Origin: a virus
Virus record (IMG/VR): IMGVR_UViG_3300036770_008728
Location: 20,407-84,406 of that record
DNA: 64,000 nt
Strand: one strand, 5' to 3'
Part shown: one piece after another, positions 59,313-64,000 of the stretch
Layout of the letters: each line of letters starts with the position of its first letter
How positions within the stretch are numbered: the stretch's first letter is position 1
Translations under genes and position numbers: made by a program
The notes under the pieces: model-generated
What the model saw: only the letters and a program-made list of their open reading frames with translations
Databases searched by the model: none
What the model was told of the DNA's origin: nothing

Positions 59313-61296
59313 GGGTCACAACTCCGTAAATAACAGCGCCGTCCACGGGCGTTGACACGTTGTCAATAACATACCCGCTTATAGGGGTTCCTATCGCAAG
59401 ACTGGTTGTAAAGGTGTTCTGTCCATCCACGTAACTTAATGGAGTCCTGGATAAAAATGCCCCTGTATCATGATTGAATAGCGCGGTTTGGTAACTACCG
59501 TTTGGAAGACCCGACACCGAAATTTGTAGTTTGTTTGAGTAGAACGCCGAAAGCATTCCCACGCCCAAGGCATTTGCGGCCTGTGCGGTTTCCTGGTCTG
59601 TTTCATAGTGGATCTTTTGATATAGCCCCCATATTTCCGGCACAGTATCTGAAGCATTGGGGCTGCTTGCCGCAATATCTTTGGTCCACTGACGCACGTT
59701 CGCGTAGTCAGTCAAAGCCAGACCGGAAATTGCCACCAGCATACTGTTTACACCCGTCAGCGTTTTTAGTTGGTCAATCACCGCGTTATATCGGGTTTTG
59801 AAATCAACTTCGGCGGTGGCCGCGCCGGCGTCACTCTCACCGATCCAACTACAGATCCCCTCTAAACCATCGGGCGCTGCGGCGGTTATGTAATTCAGCA
59901 TTCGAGTATTAAGTGTTTGACCCGATTGCCACTGGGCCAGAGAGGTGCTACCTGCTGCAACACCAATAAAAGCAACCGGACAACCAAGCGCTGCAACAAG
60001 CTGGTTCGCTAACAATGGGAAAAGTGAACCGTTCGTTGTGTCCGAATCGAACGCATCGGCACCTTGCTGCCACAAAGCGTTTGAGACCGTGTACTTATGA
60101 AAGTACCCGGCGAGGCCCGTATATGTCTGTGCGTTATTGGCCCGACCTGAAAAGTTTGATTGCCCCCAAAATAAGAATTTCGCCCCAATAGCCACGTTAT
60201 CAACAGAGTCAGAAACTGTCGGGGCGTTTGAATGGCGTACTTCAAGAGTACCGTTACCCGACGTTAAACCCGTGAGAGAACCACTAAAGGTGCCTCCGCT
60301 TGGATCCAGATCAATAACAGACCACTCACCGCCGTTCCACCGGGCTTCAATGGATACAGGTACCGTACTGCCCGAATAATTTCCTGTTATGGCAATACTA
60401 CCGGTGTTTGTGGCTCTGTCCCGCGCAAACATCTGCCAGGTGTAGGGAGAAGTGATTGCGATAATGTCAGCGACGGACAAGTTTAACCCACGGTCAGCAC
60501 CACCGGCGGCAGTACCATCTAAAACACCACCATCCGCGGCTGTGTAAATCTCACCAACATAGTTAGTAAAAGCCGCGGAAGTGACACCTGTAATAGCATT
60601 CGCGCCCGCCGCGGTTGTATCCCCACTGGCTGCGTAAGTCATTGTGGCGCTGACGGTTGAACCTTGGAAATCATAAAGGCCGTTGCCAAATGCAACAACG
60701 TTATCAATGATGGTTCCGGCAATATCTCTTCTCATCCCACCACGGAAGGCCGTATTCGACAGGTTATTGCCCACAATAACCGTGTTTCTTACTGTAACAC
60801 CCGCAGCCCCATTACTAATCCCAAACTGTTGGGCCCCGGTTACAATACAATTTTCAACAAATGTGAGGGCTGCAGCTCTGCTGTGGCTAATCCCCGTTGT
60901 ACCCCCTTGAACTAAACAGCGACGGACGGTTACGACAGTATCTTCAAAAGATCCCACGCGAAGACAGGTTGAAGCAAACGTAGTAACCAATTTCAGGTCT
61001 TCGAGTACTAAAGGAGCCAAGGGCCTCCAATACAGAGCGCTCCCCGTGGTCGATGCAATTCTTGCATGCGGTGCTGTAGGATTATTCGGATTATACTTAA
61101 CAGTCTCAAAAGCCCGGACAATTACATTTGCAGCAAAAGAGGTATTAGTGGGAACATCCCCCCAAGGATAATCAGCCGCATCTGTTAAGATGCCGATATA
61201 ATTATCACCGGCCACGCCGGTTCTCGCCGCCCACCAAGCAGCAAGTGTTGTATAATCCGCGCCAACGGCACCAATCGTTTTAATTATGTCAGCCAT
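59302..61296 (-). CDS. Virion-associated beta-helix plus SGNH/sialate O-acetylesterase-like protein
   Basis: Beta-helix-like repeats in the N-half; GQSN, GSTSL..W and WIGESD esterase motifs. Confidence 0.7.
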   Translation of the reverse strand: MADIIKTIGAVGADYTTLAAWWAARTGVAGDNYIGILTDAADYPWGDVPTNTSFAANVIVRAFETVKYNPNNPTAPHARIASTTGSALYWRPLAPLVLEDLKLVTTFASTCLRVGSFEDTVVTVRRCLVQGGTTGISHSRAAALTFVENCIVTGAQQFGISNGAAGVTVRNTVIVGNNLSNTAFRGGMRRDIAGTIIDNVVAFGNGLYDFQGSTVSATMTYAASGDTTAAGANAITGVTSAAFTNYVGEIYTAADGGVLDGTAAGGADRGLNLSVADIIAITSPYTWQMFARDRATNTGSIAITGNYSGSTVPVSIEARWNGGEWSVIDLDPSGGTFSGSLTGLTSGNGTLEVRHSNAPTVSDSVDNVAIGAKFLFWGQSNFSGRANNAQTYTGLAGYFHKYTVSNALWQQGADAFDSDTTNGSLFPLLANQLVAALGCPVAFIGVAAGSTSLAQWQSGQTLNTRMLNYITAAAPDGLEGICSWIGESDAGAATAEVDFKTRYNAVIDQLKTLTGVNSMLVAISGLALTDYANVRQWTKDIAASSPNASDTVPEIWGLYQKIHYETDQETAQAANALGVGMLSAFYSNKLQISVSGLPNGSYQTALFNHDTGAFLSRTPLSYVDGQNTFTTSLAIGTPISGYVIDNVSTPVDGAVIYGVVTRGY

Positions 61297-61471
61297 TATT
61301 TATCCTGCCACGGGCCGTCCACGGTCCTAGCTCCGGCAGTTTTTAAATTGCCGGTTTTCAAGTGGCTAAGTGGGGAAGCGGCTTTCGACTTAAATGAAGC
61401 TAATTGTTCAGAAAATAAGCCTGGCTGATACTCGGGCTTGTCCAGTTTCTCAGTCAGGCTCATGAGTCACC

Positions 61472-61972
61472 CTACGCTAAAACAATCGGTTGGCTACGTT
61501 CGAAGTTGACCGCTGTGTCACTCACCGCGATACCAATACGTTGGACCATTGAGCCTGCTGCAGTTGGAGCTGCCGAAACACCTACACCGGCGTTACCTAA
61601 GAAAACCTGGCCCGGGGTCTGGGTATTGACCATATTGTTAGTGCCCTCGAAGTAAACAGTAGCGTTACCACCAGAAGTCACCGCGGCCAAGACAAACCCA
61701 TGACACTCTTTTGCACTTGCGGCATCCGCCTTGCGAGCTTTAGCACCAGAACTGTTCCAGATGTTTATCCAGTCACCGGCAGACAGCGCCTCTGACGTTA
61801 CTACAATAGCCGTATCGGCACCTATACCCACGGGCATCATGGAGTTGTCGAGTTTACCTTGATCATCCAGAGCGACGATTTTGCCACCATCAGCGGCACC
61901 TGCGCTGGTTTGGCTGGCGACAACTTCAGTCAACACACCGTTGTTATTCGAAAGATATTTTTTAGCAGGCAT
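61472..61972 (-). CDS. Phage structural protein (Gly/Ala-rich)
   Basis: GKIVALD..GKLD, EALSAGD, ARKADA, QRIGIA. Confidence 0.65.
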   Translation of the reverse strand: MPAKKYLSNNNGVLTEVVASQTSAGAADGGKIVALDDQGKLDNSMMPVGIGADTAIVVTSEALSAGDWINIWNSSGAKARKADAASAKECHGFVLAAVTSGGNATVYFEGTNNMVNTQTPGQVFLGNAGVGVSAAPTAAGSMVQRIGIAVSDTAVNFERSQPIVLA

Positions 61973-61987
61973 CGTATTTCTCTCTTA

Positions 61988-62434
61988 TTAAGCTAATGAA
62001 ATGGGTGCGCCGAGTTGGATTCGGAGCACGGTAGGCGCTGTGGCCGTGCCGATTAAAACCAGAAATCCGGAAGTAGGGACCGTTTGCGTCAGCTGGCCGG
62101 AGTTCCCGAGATAGACCGGACCTTCAACCCAGTTCCAGGTGGGCTCCACCAACTCACCAAAGCTCTGAACTTGGACAGCTGAGCCCGAGCCGGCAGAGTT
62201 GAGGCCTACGCCTGCGACTTTGTGCATGTGAGCGGGGGTATCTTTGTCTGCCAGAAACATTTGGCCAGAAGGAAACTTCACAAGGACGCGATGACCAGAG
62301 AGAACCATGCCCGCAATCTCCGGGGCGATAATCTTTGAACTGTTTCCACCGCCACCGATGTAGACGACCTGCTCAGAGACAATCTCAGTGACTTTCTCAG
62401 GTTCTTGAACGATTTCTAATACAGCCTCAGTCAC
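61988..62434 (-). CDS. Phage structural protein
   Basis: LSGHR, WNW..GPVYLG..GQLTQT.P. Confidence 0.65.
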   Translation of the reverse strand: MTEAVLEIVQEPEKVTEIVSEQVVYIGGGGNSSKIIAPEIAGMVLSGHRVLVKFPSGQMFLADKDTPAHMHKVAGVGLNSAGSGSAVQVQSFGELVEPTWNWVEGPVYLGNSGQLTQTVPTSGFLVLIGTATAPTVLRIQLGAPISLA

Positions 62435-62771
62435 GGGTGACCTCCGGGCTAAATGTCACGTCGCCTTTCAGGAGTCGATAAGTTCGACCGTCCTGAGTGA
62501 CCTCGATGTCATAGACACCCTTCTTGCCTTGGATAGGGCTGGTGAGTTCCGCCGGAATCTGGAGATGGACGATGCCCGCATCAACCGTAAATGCACCATT
62601 GGCACTGCTAAGGTCCAGCAGCACGGTCCCGTCGATCATCCGGTCTCGGATCTGCATGTGAAACGAAGCATCCGGCTGCAGCAGATTATTTCCCTGTTTG
62701 TCACGCCACTTAAATGGCAGTCCAAAGTGTGAGCCTTTATCAATGTGGATGTCGTATACCGCAGCGGTCAT
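62427..62771 (-). CDS. Phage baseplate/tail-associated protein (BppU-N-like)
   Basis: MQIR, GVYDIEV, RLLKG.V..SPEVT; GAGG SD before ATG 62771. Confidence 0.6.
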   Translation of the reverse strand: MTAAVYDIHIDKGSHFGLPFKWRDKQGNNLLQPDASFHMQIRDRMIDGTVLLDLSSANGAFTVDAGIVHLQIPAELTSPIQGKKGVYDIEVTQDGRTYRLLKGDVTFSPEVTRD

Positions 62772-63061
62772 GGTAGCCTCACAAAAAGATTGTTTTTCAT
62801 TATCGAACAGAGTAAAAGCCATTTCAAATCAATACTTTAAGGTGTCTTTGGTTGTCTTCGGTTGTCTCTGCTTGACTGCGGACATACGATGGCCGATCAT
62901 GACGCGGAAAAATCAGGCTTTAGCGACCCTCAATAGGGGTCAGTTTTTAAAAGTGTGGTAATGATTGTGGTTCAGTTGGATTTTTTAAGCGGTTTAAACA
63001 TAGCTTAAGCGTTTGATTTAGTTGAGTTATCTTCGTTTTATTACATTATTGGGAGAGAAGC

Positions 63062-64000
63062 ATGAAAGTTGCCGTTTTAGGTGCTGCTGGTGGTATTGGT
63101 CAGGCCTTATCATTATTACTGAAGTTAAATCTGCCAGCTGGTACTGATTTGGCTTTATACGATCTGGCTCCGGTTACGCCAGGTGTTGCTGTAGACTTAA
63201 GCCATATCCCAACCGCGGTAAAAGTGACGGGTTATGGTAAAGATGATTTACACACTGCATTAGCTGGTGCTGATGTCGTGATGATCCCGGCAGGTATGCC
63301 ACGCAAACCGGGTATGGACCGTTCAGATTTGTTCAATATCAACGCCGGCGTGGTGAAAACGCTGGCAGAAGCTATTGTGCAGCAGTGTCCAAAAGCATTA
63401 GTTGGTATTATCACTAACCCGGTAAATACTACTGTTGCAATCGCCGCTGAAGTATTCAAAAAAGCCGGCACCTATGATGCAAAACGTTTATTCGGTGTTA
63501 CGACACTGGATGTTATCCGCGCTGAAACTTTCATCGCTGAATTAAAAGGTAAAAATCCTGCTGAACTGATCGTTCCGGTGATCGGTGGTCACAGCGGTAC
63601 CACTATTCTGCCTTTATTGTCACAAGTCAAAGACGTGACATTTACAGACGAAGAAGTAGCTTCTCTGACTTACCGCATCCAAAACGCGGGTACAGAAGTT
63701 GTTGAAGCAAAAGCCGGTGGCGGGTCAGCAACGTTATCTATGGGTCAGGCCGCAGCCCGTTTCTGTGTATCTTTGATCAAAGGTCTGCAAGGCGAATCGG
63801 TCACTGAATATGCCTATGTTGAAGGCAACGGCGAGCACGCCCGCTTCTTTGCTCAGCCAATTGTGTTAGGTAAAAATGGTGTCGAAGCGTTGTTAGACAT
63901 TGGTACTTTAAGTGCCTATGAACAGAAAGCAATGAACGATATGCTGCCAACATTAAAAGCTGATATCGTGCTTGGTGAAGAGTTCGTCAACAAAGCGTAA
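63062..64000 (+). CDS. mdh: Malate dehydrogenase (host)
   Basis: [41 protein letters not shown]; 312 aa. Confidence 0.98.
   Translation: MKVAVLGAAGGIGQALSLLLKLNLPAGTDLALYDLAPVTPGVAVDLSHIPTAVKVTGYGKDDLHTALAGADVVMIPAGMPRKPGMDRSDLFNINAGVVKTLAEAIVQQCPKALVGIITNPVNTTVAIAAEVFKKAGTYDAKRLFGVTTLDVIRAETFIAELKGKNPAELIVPVIGGHSGTTILPLLSQVKDVTFTDEEVASLTYRIQNAGTEVVEAKAGGGSATLSMGQAAARFCVSLIKGLQGESVTEYAYVEGNGEHARFFAQPIVLGKNGVEALLDIGTLSAYEQKAMNDMLPTLKADIVLGEEFVNKA

Larger units (their letters stand above)
1..62820. mobile_element. Large temperate tailed prophage (left end outside window; right boundary approximate, upstream of host mdh)
   Basis: Contiguous terminase/portal/capsid, lysis, replication and Xis-like genes, then an abrupt switch to a host housekeeping gene. 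The att core cannot be identified without the other end. Confidence 0.85.

Overview
Positions 1 to about 62.8 kb are most of a large temperate tailed prophage whose left end lies outside the window. It sits next to a gammaproteobacterial malate dehydrogenase gene (mdh, 63062-64000). Left to right: (1) minus-strand head/neck/lysis module with capsid, protease/scaffold, portal, GpA-type terminase and M15 endolysin (1-11.1 kb); (2) small regulators and a repeat-rich non-coding block (11.9-14.6 kb); (3) a long plus-strand early/accessory region of small ORFs, interrupted by a minus-strand XRE/small-peptide/membrane-protein cassette and carrying a C5 methylase, ligase, DGQHR protein and Pif1-like helicase (14.7-37 kb); (4) a self-sufficient replication, recombination and nucleotide-metabolism module with SF2 helicase, 5' exonuclease, ThyX, RdgC, PolA, Dam-like methylase, dCMP deaminase, primase-helicase fusion, ProQ/FinO, resolvase, SbcCD and Xis-like genes (37.5-59 kb); (5) displaced minus-strand tail-type genes (59-62.8 kb). 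The most striking unexplained signal is a non-palindromic leader motif, GGATTAAC(AAAC). I found about 33 intergenic copies by eye, always in the sense orientation and often behind a GC hairpin with a conserved loop. Other candidates: a FlgM-like small protein plus membrane protein cassette, a structured RNA bearing an initiator-tRNA anticodon loop, and an IR/DR/iteron block. All product calls come from motif recognition by eye; no searches were run.
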